From positions 49,538,001-49,602,000 of the forward strand of contig OZ024749.1 of assembly GCA_964016885.1 (NCBI GenBank): a DNA stretch of 64,000 nucleotides. The letters run 5' to 3'. The position numbers were made by a program, and so were the translations under genes. Source of the DNA: Eledone cirrhosa (lineage: Eukaryota). The notes under the pieces are model-generated. The model was not told the DNA's origin, did not search any database, and saw nothing but the letters and a program-made list of their open reading frames with translations. Below are positions 32,552-49,079 of the stretch, one piece after another (the first letter of the stretch is position 1; each line of letters opens with the position of its first letter).

Positions 32552-32670
32552 AAAGTAGAGTTGAGACGGAGGACCTGTGGTTTTAAGCGACAGACGCTCC
32601 ATCTCAACCCTACTTTTGAAAAGCAGAAGAACTGCGAAACCGGTAAAGGAACCAAATAAATATATATTTT
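32551..32670 (+). mobile_element. Hairpin-plus-hammerhead mini-element, family C, copy 2
   Basis: Begins directly after (TA)n. Hairpin at 32551-32617 and HHR at 32613-32648. Confidence 0.7.
32613..32648 (+). ncRNA. Minimal hammerhead with U3:A8 core (UUGAAAA)
   Basis: ctt-TTGAAAA-GCAG aagaa CTGC-GAAA-CCGG-TA-aag. Palindromic stem III ACCGGT, GUA triplet and a stem I of only 3 bp. Confidence 0.62.
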
Positions 32671-33386
32671 TATTTTAAATGTGTGTGTGTATATATATAT
32701 GTGTGTGTATATATACATTTGTGTATATATACATTGTGTATATATACATTTGTTTATTTTTTATATATGAATATTGATTGTTTCTTATATCTCATTCTGT
32801 TATTTTGCCCGAGAAAATATCTGTGTGTGTCATAAAATGTTGTACACACAGATATTTTTTCAATTTCCAATTGAGTTCTTAACACGTGGCCTGAATTCCT
32901 TTCAGAATTCATTGCCATGTGCATGTATTGTTTTTTTTGCGGTAATTTCCTTCCTCAGTTTTTGAATCAGTTCGAGCACTTCTTTCAGAACTGCTGGACT
33001 GGCTACCTGACAGATACCTCAGGCACAGAATGTGATTATCGCTAAAAGCTGATGTTGGTTAGATTATCAATATTAGTATTATTGGGGCACCCACTGATGA
33101 ATTATAGGAGCCCACTTGAATATATATCTATTGATGGTATACAAGCTCCTACATAAATTGGTATAATTTCACCCAAATTGTAGGAGTCCTATAATGAAAC
33201 GAGACGTCCGTCTGGGAAGAGATATATTAGGTATATCCATATGAAATAATACACCCAATTTTCCACGCAATACTTTTAGTTAGAACCCCGAACGCATAAT
33301 TGGGAATATAATCACTTATTTCCTAATGTTTGTTGAGTGAGTTGGAATTTGGCCGGAGTATCGCTAAAAAGCTTTCTCCGATATTG

Positions 33387-33461
<75 letters not shown>

Positions 33462-34352
33462 GAGAGAGAGAATGAGAGAGGGGTGAGATAGATAGGTCAG
33501 GAAACAGCATTATACACCATGTGAATAATTCCGGAATGAGTATATTCTTCTTTTTATAATTTTACTTGTGCTAATATAAACAAGGTTACTCTACGAGAAC
33601 ATATGTTTGCATGTTATATATACATATTTATTCTGGTGAATATCCATATGTACTATAATGCAACTTGATACTTTGTAGATATATCATGTGGTGATATTGC
33701 TTATTATATGTCATAATACAACCGTTGGTTAGAATGACACTTAACCAAAACTTTATTTAGATTTCTATGTTTCCTAACATTATATATTTATGTTCTATAA
33801 AGAAATACCATGGCACATATAAGCACTGCGGGTAATAATTATTTTACATCCAGCTTACTCTGCAAGGCATTTCTTTCATCAGCTGTTTACAAATCACAAT
33901 GATTGCATCAGCTTCCAATAATATCGTTACCTCAAGTGGTGTCTAATATCATTTATGCTGCAATAGAATGCCCGGCTTCATTTCGTTGTCATTGCTGCAA
34001 GATATATTTGCCTCATATTATAGAAGCAACCAACTGACCAAACTTGAATCAGCTGCAACCACTCCAAACATCTAGCGAATATTATCTTTAGCTACATTTG
34101 GAGATTAGTTCTCTTATCTCACTATTATTCTTTCTTTTAAATATGGCTGCACGATACACGATGTCAGTTCTGGACAATTTCCTGACCTATTATTTTAGCT
34201 ATATAAGGATAACGATGCAATACATATTTAGGATTCCTTGTTTCTAAGATTTTATTATTCTTATTTATATATTTATTTTCATTTAACTCTTTCCCACGTC
34301 CATATTTAAAACACTGTCACTTCATAAATATATATTTCTTGCATTATTGCAA

Positions 34353-34535
34353 GTGATCGGCAGTATCGGTATAGGGTCGGACGCCATGCTTTGACGCAAA
34401 GAGTTACAGCCTTTCCATTCTGAGTTCAAATCCCGCCGAGGTTAACTTTGCCTTTCATCCTTACGGGGTCGATAACATAAAGTACCAGTAATACACTTGT
34501 AATTTTTGGCCTTGTGCCAATAGTAAAATAATTAT
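34353..34535 (+). mobile_element. tRNA-derived SINE, subfamily 2
   Basis: ggcagtatcggtatagggtcggacgccatgctttgacgca...gagttcaaatccc... Confidence 0.9.
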
Positions 34536-34940
34536 TTCCTAACCTAATTTAAAATCTTTTCTTTTTATTTCTCCGATCGTTTTTCTATTCGCTTCTTTTC
34601 AATTTCCCCAGAGAAGAAACTGTTTCTTATATATGTTAATTGGTAGTCATATATATAAGTCATATATATGTTGCTTGTGCCTGCTTTACACCATGTATAG
34701 GCGGTGCACTGTTTGATACACTCAATTATATTACGGTGTCCATTTCACTTGGATTTTATTCTAGTCACTGCTGTAGTGTGCTGGGTATAAATGTATTTAA
34801 AAGAATTCAATGTGCAGCAAACGGTATATGTATTTTTCAATTGTTTTGATGTTGATAAGGTCAGGGTACAAACGACGTGATTGGATCCGACTCTTTTGCA
34901 GCATTTCGTCAGATATGCAAGCTAATATGTGTAAACACAC

Positions 34941-34993
<53 letters not shown>

Positions 34994-35104
34994 CCTTACA
35001 TTTTCCAATTATTTAAATACATTTTATCTGAACATTGATTTGTATACACCTTAACTTGCACATACGCAAATATATATAAACATCAAATGTTTCTATGTTG
35101 TTGA

Positions 35105-35154
<50 letters not shown>

Positions 35155-35195
35155 GGGGGGGTATATGTGTGTGTGTGTATGTGTGTGTGTCTGTA

Positions 35196-35255
<60 letters not shown>

Positions 35256-37030
35256 CATATATCATTTTATATGTATAAATATACATATATATATAGCTGA
35301 TTACATCTAAAATATGCTATGGCATAACAATTATCAATAAACTAATGCCAATAATCACATTTGTAGAATGTCCACCTCATGCAAATATATCACGTGATCG
35401 TAACTGTACTTTAGCACATTTTTGAATATACAGCATCTAAATACGTTTCTCTCTGTGAAACATAACTCAATTTAATGTGTGTTATAGACGAAAAATTGGA
35501 TTAAAATGTGTGTATGCATTCTTTGTTTTAAGGCATTATATATATATGTGTGTGTGTGTGTGTATATATGTATATATATATATGTGTGTGTGTGTACGTG
35601 ATTGTGGTGTGTATCATATTGAGATACACACCACAATTTCTTTCAAGATTGTATCATAAGTATGCTTGCTCGTATGTGCATATGTGTGGCTCACCTGAAC
35701 ACATAATGTGAAAAGTAAAGATAATAACAGGATTTATGAGCATGGTAATAGGCTCTGAGGAAATTTATCTTGAAACAACCCTTTTAAGATAAACAGCACG
35801 CCGATGCGCTTTCAAATTGAACGGCTGTCGTTAATATAAATGGATGGATATTCCATCGTACAATTATCTTCATGTTCGGGGATTTTCAATATTTACAATG
35901 TCAGACTCATTGTATATCTCTTATTTTAGAACCCCGTTCATGCTACCATACCTGATGAGAAATATAATGACGTGGATGAACCGAAGGTATAGATCAAGGT
36001 ATCGCGTTCAGGGCCTGGACAAGGTAATTCATGATTGTGTATAACATTTCTTACGCATTATATCATACGTAACGTCAACATATTATAACACTAAATCCAC
36101 AAGTAAAACCTCTCACACTTAAATCACATCAACTTAGTTTTATATAAATTCAGATCCCATTGGTAAAAGCTTGTCACCATACAAATGTTTTTTGTTTTGT
36201 TTTTTTTACAAATTAACTATGGCTCTGTGTAATTTAAACCAAACATTCTGATTTTTTTTCCTTTTTATCAAAACTTATCCTTTTCCAAGTGACAATAACT
36301 CCAATACAAAAATGTCTACAATATGTGCGACTATGCAACTCCTACGTGTTTACTTAAATTGCGCGAATGAGCATGAACAAAACGAATTAAACATGTGAAA
36401 ATAATTTGCAGGTAATTACATGATTATAATGCAATGATTTGAATGTTTTTATAAGACTGTCAAACCTCGTGATATTCGTATCAATTCTTTTTTATTCTGC
36501 ATGAATTTTAATTCAAAAAAACGAACGATATTTCACTGACGGAGCGATCCAGTGACATCGAAACCAGGAAAATATTAAAGTCGCTTAAAATCATTCTTAA
36601 CGATGCAATTATGCCTCTGCTAATAGATTTGATATTTAAATGTCTCTATATTTTAAAATTACATAGATATATTTATTGCTATCCCGAATGCAATACATAG
36701 GACTTTGAAAAGAAATAATATTACAAATAACGATATAACATTGGCAACAAGTATTTGTAATATATATAAATATATTAAAATATAGGAATTTGTCGAAAAA
36801 TACGCCGAAATAATTCATAGAGTTCTGGTCTTATATCAGCTCATCTGTTTGTATAAATGAATAATTAATAAACTCACCAACGTTATATTTGTCATCTGCA
36901 GGAAAATAGTTTGTACTTAGTATGTTTCGTTGGAGAACTTATGCAGTTTAACTTTAGGCATTTTCCATACATATTGTTCTTAGAAGGTAAAAATAAATGG
37001 CAATACACGCAAACATGCACATACACACAC

Positions 37031-37107
<77 letters not shown>

Positions 37108-39049
37108 CCTGAAACCGGTAATAGACAATTATTAAATATATAAATAAATAAATGCCATTGTTAATTAATAAATAAATCAACTAATACCTTAACACTTCAA
37201 TCAAAGTAAAATATTTCGTTTTAATCATGTTCTAACCCAGCAAAAAGAGAGAAATAAATAAAAAGGAGAACAAATATATTTTTCTTCCTATTAATCGTCT
37301 TTTTTCTCCCTGTTTTCACATATATATATATGTCAGTGCGAATGTAAAGCCTACGTATGTAAAAATGTTGATATAAATATTCAAACAACTGAGGGGCTAT
37401 ATATACAGTAATGCATGTTTATAATTTTTTGGTGATTTTGCTTTATATATGTTATTTAGATTGCAAATGTAACATTTTCAAAATTATGTAGTGATTGTTT
37501 CAAAAGCTTCGCAAACCTCCTCATCATTTTTCAAATATCTGATCTCGCCTCTATTTCCGAAGAGCCAGTGGCCTTTTCAGTTGGTACTTAGATAATATTT
37601 GCATTAGATTAGCAGATATAAACCCACCTACTCCAACATACAGTTGTCTGCCTATTAGTATTCAGTACCCATTAAGGAATTATCAAACTGACTATCCTGC
37701 TGGAATGAGAGATGTTTATTCTTTCGGTGACGAGAATATAACGGTCATTGAACTTCATGTAATTAACTTCTTTCAATGTCTAATTTTATGTGGAGCTGAT
37801 AGGGTTGCCTACAAGAGTGTGTACATATATAGTTTTAGTTATGAGAGCCAAACTGTCCTCATTACTAACACAACCGTGTTAATGAGTAGTGCCTTATTCC
37901 ATAGGAGGCACAAAGTATTTGACGTTAGGTGAGTTAATGCTGAACATTTTGAGAATAATAAAGAAGAACAAACAGCACGTCATAGACACTAGATGGAGTA
38001 TAGAATATTTAGGAATCGTAAATATATATCCTCCAAAATCAATCACTATTATGATTAAAATAAAATAATATAATGTGTATTAGACTCGTAGATACGTCTA
38101 AAAAAGGGGTCAAATCTAGACGAAAAGTATTAACGGCAATAGGAATGATATTAGTGATAAATAATTTTTATTTTATCTTCATTTAATCTTCGAAAAAAAT
38201 GATTCCAAGAATGAATTATTTTCACTTTCAAACATTTCGCCCTAAATCTACATTTACATATGATAGCTTCATATAAAATATGAAGCAAAGCAATAAAAGG
38301 TGGCCATCTCATATTATACAGAGAATACTGCAGAGTTGATTATATTTATCGATGTAGTGTACCTAATTAAAGGAAGAATTAAAATAATAGACACAAAGGA
38401 CATCCTTTCATGGTACTTTAATACGGTGTTTATTCTGGAACTTTTCCCAATATAAGCTCATTCACTTTCTAGCGGCGTAATGTATTTAAAAAACAACAAA
38501 AACATCAACACAAATCAATATAATAATGTTGATCATGATGTTTGTTGTTGTGGTAATGGTGATGACGATGACAAATAAAACATCAATAACAAGTACTACA
38601 TCAAAAATAATAAAAATAATACTACTAATACTACTACTACTAACAATAATAATGATAATAATAATATAACTACTGTTTTAGTTCAATTAATGAAAACCTC
38701 CATTCCATTCATCTCAATCGAATCATACCATTTGATTCGCACATGCGTCCTGAAGCTCATGTTTCCATCACTATACTTATCGATTCTTTATCAAAATGAA
38801 ATAAAATCTATAAAAAAAAACAGGAAAATAAACATCAAACATTACGTTTGGTGTTGATACAATTCAAACAGAGCTGTTAATAGTATTAAGGAAGTTCCTT
38901 GTGTTTCATTTATTTGATAATCAACTATTAACGGTAAATGACATGAAAAGAATGACTCAAGATACTCCATTGATTTAACGTCATTTTACTTTTGTTTTAT
39001 ATGTATGTTTTTATATAGAATTATACACCCACCCGTACACGCGCACACC

Positions 39050-39091
<42 letters not shown>

Positions 39092-39140
39092 GCAGAGAAA
39101 GAGAAATGCATATGTATGTATGCATATACATTTCTCTTTC

Positions 39141-39188
<48 letters not shown>

Positions 39189-39976
39189 TCTGTTATTATT
39201 TCTTTTTATAATTTCCAGTTTAATACTTCTATGCAATTGAATGAATGCATGGTAGTGAATTAAACACCTCATTTTTTTAATTCTTTTTTTATCATTTCCC
39301 TTTGATATAATATTTCTAAAGTGTAAACCATCAAACTACAAGCTGTGTTTTTTAACCTTTTCATCGCTCTGCTAGCGAAGCAACCCAATGCCTAAAATGT
39401 AACTATGGAAGGCTTTACTCTGAAATCACTTATTTTCGATATATCTGATTTCATTTATTTCTATCGTAATTCTTTCAAGGTTCCTTCTTAATTTTCTTCT
39501 ATTTATACCAATTTCTTGTTCTCGCTATTAATTATTTCATTTTTCTTTCCTCCATTTTGAATTATTCATTGCCCAATTCGTTATCGTGCATATCCCGTTC
39601 CATTTTATAGTAATAATAATGATAATTTATAAGTATTTTATTATTCATATCCGGCAGTATTTCATAGGAGAGGTAACCTTCCCTCACGAACATCTTAGTT
39701 CACGCTTCTTGGTTCAGAAATCATATAGATGAAAAGTATCAATCAAAGTTGTGTTAACATATTTAATGCACAGAGTATCAAAAAGCTAAAAATAATTGAT
39801 AGAGTGGTGCATATAATAATCACGTTTGTAAATGAATATAATTATACTATTTAAGCTGGCCAATAACGAAGACAGGATTCTATTTTCAGCTCTTCGGGAA
39901 ATAAGGCAAAGTTCACGTTTAAGTTAAATGTCAACAAACATGCTAGGAATTGCCTCTCCCCTTTGAGGATATAACA

Positions 39977-40057
39977 ATAATTGTTTCTACTATTGGCACA
40001 AGGCCAGAAATTACCCAGTACATTACTGGTACTTTATTTTATCGACCCCGTAAGGAT
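39977..40057 (-). mobile_element. 5'-truncated SINE with 16-bp TSD
   Basis: Only the 3' 80 bp or so are present. aggatataacaataat occurs at 39966-39981 and 40053-40068. Confidence 0.9.
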
Positions 40058-40149
40058 ATAACAATAATATAATGTAATATGAATCAATAATTAATTTGTT
40101 TGTAACTACAAAACTATTTCGTGGTATCGTGTTCCAATTTTGTGAGTGA

Positions 40150-40560
40150 TGAAGAATTAACAATATACTTGTTTTAAAGAGGCCTTTCGAAAATGTTGAA
40201 ACTGAGGCGGTTATCCTTTCTTATTGACAATTAAATGTTGCTGGCTGCATGCAACATATGGTTAATGGTGAAATTCTAGAGAAACGAGCGTCTGTCAAGA
40301 ATTCACTGGAAGTAGAGGAATGAGGTAGGTTAAGACTGGAGGCAGCATAGTTGATGACATGTATAGATAAACATGATGAGTGAGTCCTTGATTGGAGATG
40401 GCATTAGACTGGTCAGATCAGAGAACAGTGGCACAACAGGCAGAGAAAAAAGAGAGAGAAAGGGCAAGCGAATAACTGTGAGGAGGATTATTTAAAGACG
40501 GTAGGCAAGGCTGTAATTATGAATGCCATCATAACTATTAGTCGTGTAGCCTGTCACTGG
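40150..40560 (-). mobile_element. Possible ancient LINE 3' remnant
   Basis: The minus strand gives FSDLTSLMPSP next to an SLF-like segment, reminiscent of post-RT regions of CR1/Jockey-group LINEs. No intact ORF. Confidence 0.25.
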
Positions 40561-40839
40561 ATGCAATACAGGTTGTCACTATCAGTGCTGTTTTATATGT
40601 TTATAAGAATTCACCTGGTTTTAGCTCCATTAGCGTTAAGGAATTTGGAATTCAACGATTTCCTCCAGCAGAAATAGGAAACGCACACAGAGATGGAGAG
40701 AGAGAGAGAGAGAGAGATAGACAAAGAGACCATTGTTGTATGCTATTTAATGTAAATAAAGATCCACAACTAACTCATATATATATATGAGTTAGTTGTA
40801 CGTGTATCTGTCTGTGTGTTTTTTTGCGTATGTATGTGT

Positions 40840-41000
<161 letters not shown>

Positions 41001-44000
41001 CTAGATACATAGAAAGCATAACCGCACTGGGTTTGCCAAACCAGCTTCCATACTCCCGTTTATAAATCCATAGACATTTTTTTACAACGATTAAATCGAC
41101 TAATTTTTATAAATGATTCGTTTGCATGTCGATGTGTAACATGTTTCAAATAAAGATATTACATAATGTTATCAGCTTCAAAAGAAATAAATCAACCCTA
41201 AATAATGCTTTATATAAATGCATACCATATTCTCTCGTAATATATTGAAGGGATCAAAATCGCTATGCAACTTGTGTATGATATGTTATATTAAGAGATA
41301 CACAAAGAATACATTCATTGTGCTCTCTTTCGAACTATATATCAAAGTACACATATTGAAGGAGACACTTACAGTCGTTCCGCATATATTATTCATGATT
41401 ATTTGTAACGTATATATACAATAAGAAATCATATATAGTTATTTACAGAGCAGGTTCATTTGTAAACCTCCATCCGGCCCCTCTTAAATATTAAACAGCA
41501 AATACAATGCTTATATAGAATATTATTATGCCATCCACATTCATTTTCTTCCTTCAAGTTTATATTGGGTTACCTGAAAACGTAATGCATACATGTATTT
41601 CGCTATGTATTTACACGATATCATATTCTATATATTTCGAATTAGGTGTATCCGTGTATCTTTCTTTTTTTGCTACGTCTAATTCTACTCACGTTTCACT
41701 ACTAATATATTTTTTTAGTTGTGTCTCCTTGTGTTTCGTTTAAAATTAATATTAGCATTTATTTTTTCTTGAAAAACAATTTCGGCTCTTACATTCTGAA
41801 TTCACATTAAGTTCAGATATTTTTAACATTTCGATGTGATAGAACCAACTATCTTAATATTAGCATAATGAAAGTTATTTTACCCCCACCCTCCTTGCTT
41901 CTCAAGAAAAGGTTAAATGAAAAAAAAATAATCCTTTTAGATTCAAGTTATTTTGGAATAAGAAGTTCATGAAAAATGCATTTTTAATGCAACTACAGTA
42001 ATTTGAATAGATGAGATTATTAAAAGCTTTGAATTGTTGAGATTTCATACAGACAGAAAGTAAAACATTGCTGTTCTGAGTTTATCATCCATTTAAAATG
42101 TTTACAGTCTCATAAAGACGATACAATAGGAATATCCTCCAGGAGAGATGCAAATTCCTTCCTTTTTCATACTAGATTCTTCAATATAACTTGATCCACA
42201 GCTGATTTTAAAATATACTCTCTTAATATATGACATTCTTTTATGTTAACATTTATTTTTGCAAAACACCATTAATCCCCTTTTAAATAGAAGATACTGA
42301 ATTAACAAAAATTTGAGTGCAAAAAAATCCCTCTGTTCTATTAATTACGGTTCCCTGTGATATGAGTTCAATTTCCAATAATACAAATGCTGCTTAATAT
42401 CCTATTGCTGACGAAATTATACCGTACCTGGAGAGCGGCATTTTGGAAGATTAGTTAGAGCTTAAGTTACCACGATTTGCCGTGTTTCGTTCAGGTCCTG
42501 GCTTTATTCCTTCAAACGTCCTGAAGATCACTGAGATAGTAGACTTAGTATGTCAACCGGTTTAATCGCATGCCAAATGTATACAACATTAGTTTACAAG
42601 CGATTGTATAATACACAAACATGACTTAGTATTTTGTAGGCTTATCATGCTACATTTGAATCAGAGCCATTTGTATTCACTTAGTCTTAAATCAGAACAG
42701 CTTAACTAAGATTGAGGGAACATATTATCTATTAAAATTTCACTTTTGTAGTATCTTGATGAATATTTGGTGTAATTTGATTACAAATCTAATGAATATT
42801 CAGAATCAGATCCAGCCAAACATTATTTGTAACATGTATACTAAAGGCGCCATGCATGTATGTCTATGCACGTGCCATATTGGTAGGTTGAACACGATAG
42901 AACATACTGTGATAACAAGCAACCATGCCACTCTTTTAAACTCATAATATAAAGTCCGTATGTCAATACTTAAGGCTATGTCAACCACTATTATATAGTG
43001 TCTTGTATCCAACACCATCTTCATATCTATATTAATTAACTGAATTCACAATGTTTCTATATGATCGGCCAGATATGCTCGTATCTATTATATAATAGAT
43101 GGTGGCGTATGTGTGTTTGTTTTAAATGTGTTGTCATTATTTGCTTTGATATTCATGCAATTGAAAATCACATTTTCATAGTCTCATACTTAATTCATAA
43201 GTACCTGATAACTTTGATTGAGGAATTTTCATAATTACCAGTGATAATTTGGAAAGCGCATTTCTATTTCTAAAGATCTTCATTTCAATACATGCTTGAT
43301 TAATATTATATTACACAAATGGTCGAACAACTCAAGCAATGATTAAATTTACAAAGAAGCCCTTTCGGTTAGTATACGTTTGGAAGAGATGATAGCTTTG
43401 CTGCAACAGGAAGTAAGAATATGTTGATATTAGAACTAGGTACGTTTAGATTCGAGGCATATTTTAAGATAATTAATTCATATTTAGAAATCGTATTTGC
43501 TTACATATGTATGCGTGTATATATGTTTGTATATATGTATGTATGTATAGTTGCATGTATGTATATATATGTGTACGTATATATGCACAAATGTAAAAGA
43601 ATCAACAAAGAAAATGGGAGGGTACAATGCAGAAATATCTAATTCAACGATTGGTATAGTAGTAGATAATCACAACGTTTCGGACACAATTCCTTCTTGA
43701 GAAGATATACTTAGAAATCCTACATGGAATAGAAATATGGAGAGTGAGAAGAGGAATGAACCACAAGCACATTTTGATTGAGAAAAGGCACGTGTGTATA
43801 CAATCTACTCTCCTGTGTCTCTATTTAACATACACACCTATAGATGTTGGTGATGAATGGATGTACCGGTATTTCTATTGCGATTACGCATAGTACAGCA
43901 TAGCTTAAAGATTCATACCAAGTATCAGCTGGTATGAAGATTCAGATAGATGTTTCGAATCATCTAAGCTGTAATGTAGAGCTAAGTAAACCTGGATATG

Positions 44001-45490
44001 GAAATATATAACCTTTACCATACCAGTGTAAATGTATACACGTCTGTGTATACACATTTGTATGTTTCTCAACATATATATCCATGCAGCCACAAGGTAT
44101 TTCTTTACAATTATTGATATAAATTGCTAGCGAAATGTAACTCAGCAATGCATCAACGTTTCAGACTGAAATATGAGTCTGTTTCACAATAAAAGTGTAA
44201 TGGATATACGCATGCAGGATAGCGGTATACTGGTACATTGGAAATAGTATCATTGTTCTTATATTCTTAATTATATAACGTATTATATATATATATATAT
44301 ATTTAAGTTACCATCTCTCCTATATTGCATAGACGCACATATCTAAACGATATTTTATGATAGATTCGGGAATAAAACTATATATGAATTTACCTACAAT
44401 AGTTCATCGTTAAATCTGAGCGAGTATATATAAATCTAATGCAGTTCCAAGATGTAGATTAAAGATCCATCGTTTTAGAGCTTAGTGGTGTAGTTAGTAC
44501 GGGTGTATATGAACATATGCTATATTTTGTAAGTATATTTACTGTGCAATAACTACAGTTATTTTCAGTTGGTTTAGGTCAATGTATTACACGGCAGCTT
44601 ATAGAAAATGATCAACCTAATTTGTATAATCATTTTATAAAACAAATATTATAAAACAAAATATTATATCATAATTGTACTAATTTTAATTTATTTCATA
44701 AATATGTTAAACTGTTTTGTAATGTCTCCTTCATAATATAATATTTCCACATTGTTTTTAAGTATAACGAGCGAACATTAACATAATGAATACTATGTTT
44801 CGGAATAATTGTAAAGTTGTTATTTACTAAAATCATGTGAACTACATATAATAGCCTCCATTGTAAAATGTTAGAAAAAGTAACTTAAATTCAAATGAAA
44901 TTGATACATGCGTTGAAGAATAGATACATATATGTATATATTTATAAATACACATACATACGTATGTATTTATAAAGGTGACATACATGCACACACACAA
45001 ATAAATATGTATTCATAAATGTGAGTGTGTGTGTTTGAGGGTGTATCTGGATTTACATGTATATATGCGTGTGTGGGTTTGTCTGAGTGTGTGAGTTTAT
45101 GTACGATGTGCGCAAATAGGTCATTATTATGTCGTGGTTTTATAGAGATAAGCATAGAACTAGAGATACTCAAGCATCAACATAAAAATATATTTCCATT
45201 AATAGGGCAGAAGTTGTCGAAAATGTCGCATAAAAACAGCAAATTATTACCAAGTATTAAAGCGAACGTATTTTTTTTATATAATCTCTATAACGACAGA
45301 ATATACTATAATCCATTACATAAAGAGAACTAGATTATTAATACCATTAAATATTTCTTGTAGTCAAACAGTTGTCGAATATTGAATAAAACACAACATA
45401 TAATGAATAAATATATAAATCCTACTAAACAGAATAAAATATTAATTGGCCGTCAACGGTCTCTTATACTTTAGTAACATAATAATTATT

Positions 45491-45663
45491 ATAATTGTTT
45501 CTCCTTTTGGCACAAGGCCAGCAATTACCCAGTGCATGACTGTTACTTTATATTATAGACCCCGTAAGGATGAAAAGCAAAGTTAACCTCAGCGGGATTT
45601 GAACTCAGAATGACAAGGGCCGTAACTCAATGCGTCAATGCATGGCGTCCGACCGACCCTCTA
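45491..45663 (-). mobile_element. tRNA-derived SINE, subfamily 2, A box missing
   Basis: Matches the consensus up to gaccctcta and has a small ccga duplication. Confidence 0.9.
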
Positions 45664-45808
45664 TAATAGTATTTAATTACCTGTGAAATAAGAACTGTGG
45701 ATAATGTAACTGATATATTATATGTGGGTGAAAACTGTTATTAAACTTCCTGTGATTATGTGCTTTTTGATACGCTGCAAACACCGTACACCCACACACA
45801 CAGACACA

Positions 45809-47312
<1,504 letters not shown>

Positions 47313-47440
47313 ATGTAGGAGGTGAGTTTTATTGTAGTATAATAAAGCAATGCAGATATCGGATAAGAAGCACTCTACAGTTTGTGGGACTGGAGTATGC
47401 ATAATATAAGATCAAAAGATGGTTAAAGGAGTTCCATATA

Positions 47441-47507
47441 TTTTATTATGCGCATTTCAAAAACAAACATCATCAAGCAATAATATTTGTGTTTTCATCA
47501 GATAAAA
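47441..47507 (-). ncRNA. Type I hammerhead ribozyme (mirror copy)
   Basis: Exact reverse complement of 47632-47698. Confidence 0.82.
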
Positions 47508-47631
47508 CAGGAGAACATGATATGAAGGCTAAAAAAACACTTGTTGATAGTGCAGTTTTAAATCAACATATGTTGATTTAAAACTGCACTATCAACAAGT
47601 GTTTTTTTAGCCTTCATATCATGTTCTCCTG

Positions 47632-47698
47632 TTTTATCTGATGAAAACACAAATATTATTGCTTGATGATGTTTGTTTTTGAAATGCGCATAATAAAA
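47632..47698 (+). ncRNA. Type I hammerhead ribozyme
   Basis: ttttat-CTGATGA-aaacacaaatattatt gctt gatgatgtttgttttt-GAAA-TGCGCA-TA-ataaaa. Stem II is 16 bp with G-U pairs and one mismatch, stem III is palindromic (ATGCGCAT), and cleavage is AUA after 47692. Confidence 0.82.
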
Positions 47699-47853
47699 TA
47701 TATGGAACTCCTTTAACCATCTTTTGATCTTATATTATAATATATATATATATATATATATTAATATATATATATATATATATATATTAATATATATATA
47801 TAATATATATATACATATATAATATATATATACATATATATATATTAATATAT

Positions 47854-47885
<32 letters not shown>

Positions 47886-47925
47886 ATATATATATACATA
47901 TATATATATTAATATATATATATAT

Positions 47926-47979
<54 letters not shown>

Positions 47980-48047
47980 TATTAATATATATATATATAT
48001 AATATATATATATATAATATATATATTAATATATATATATATAATAT

Positions 48048-48090
<43 letters not shown>

Positions 48091-48603
48091 TATATATATA
48101 TAATATATATATATATACATATAATATATTATATATATATATATAATATATTATATATATATATATAATAATATATATTTATATATATTTATAATAAACG
48201 TTCGGTAAACTGATACGTGCATAAATCATAAATTATTAGGCGGAAGGGGTAGTTTGAGAACAACTATTTATGCAACTATATAGACTTTTCGTTCAGTCAG
48301 TTATCACTCAGCGAGTTATCGTTCTATTTAAAATCTTGTGATGCTAAATTCCGCCTGTTGCAGACTGCGCCTCAACATGGGATATCATTTGCCACAAAGT
48401 TCGATCACCGACAGCAGAGTTCAAAGAACAATATTAATGGGTCGCGTGTTGGTGTAACGGCAACACTTTGGTCCAGCTAACCAAAGATTTAAATTACTTG
48501 CATATATATGTGAGATTATTGAAACACTGTTACACTGATTTGATCTTGATGTAACATGTATACACATACACAAACACCACCACAAACACACACACACACA
48601 TAC

Positions 48604-48677
<74 letters not shown>

Positions 48678-49036
48678 GCGTATCTGTGTGTGTGGATGCA
48701 TGCATATTAGAGTGTAGGTGTTTGTTTGTTTCCGAGTATTTGTCTTCGTTTATGGAGTGAAATAGCATTCATAGTTCGAGAGTTAACGGTTCGACAAACC
48801 AATAGGTATATATAGAAGTTCAATTCCGATGTGAATACATTCTGGAATCAATAACGTTGTTCAAATCCTTAACATCGCTGTCACAGTACTACCGAAAATC
48901 AATGAGAAAAACGGTGAACTGAAGGAACGGGTCTGTGTGCACGTGTGTGTGTAAATGAGAATGGATGCAGTAAAAACCAGTTAGACCATTACTCACGATA
49001 CTTTCGATACTTGGTGTAGAAAGGCTTGTATCTATC

Positions 49037-49079
49037 TGTTGAAATGACACAGCTCAGCCGTCGGTGTCCCGAATTTTTC

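Larger units (their letters stand above)
47314..47738. mobile_element. Inverted PLE pseudo-LTR pair (family E): 338-bp perfect palindrome plus about 87-bp tail
   Basis: 47401-47569 is the exact reverse complement of 47570-47738 with no spacer. The unique tail is 47314-47400 and both flanks are (TA)n. Confidence 0.8.

Noticed and set aside
33094-33135. CTGATGA...GAA candidate hammerhead
   Set aside because: Stems I and II do not pair and GAAA is incomplete. Isolated CTGANGA hits at 24556, 27778, 35755, 35952 and 42521 were rejected for the same reason.
33700-37950. Possible ancient RT remnants near 33700-34300 and 37560-37950
   Set aside because: Only vague motif echoes with no continuous frame, which I cannot support without a search.
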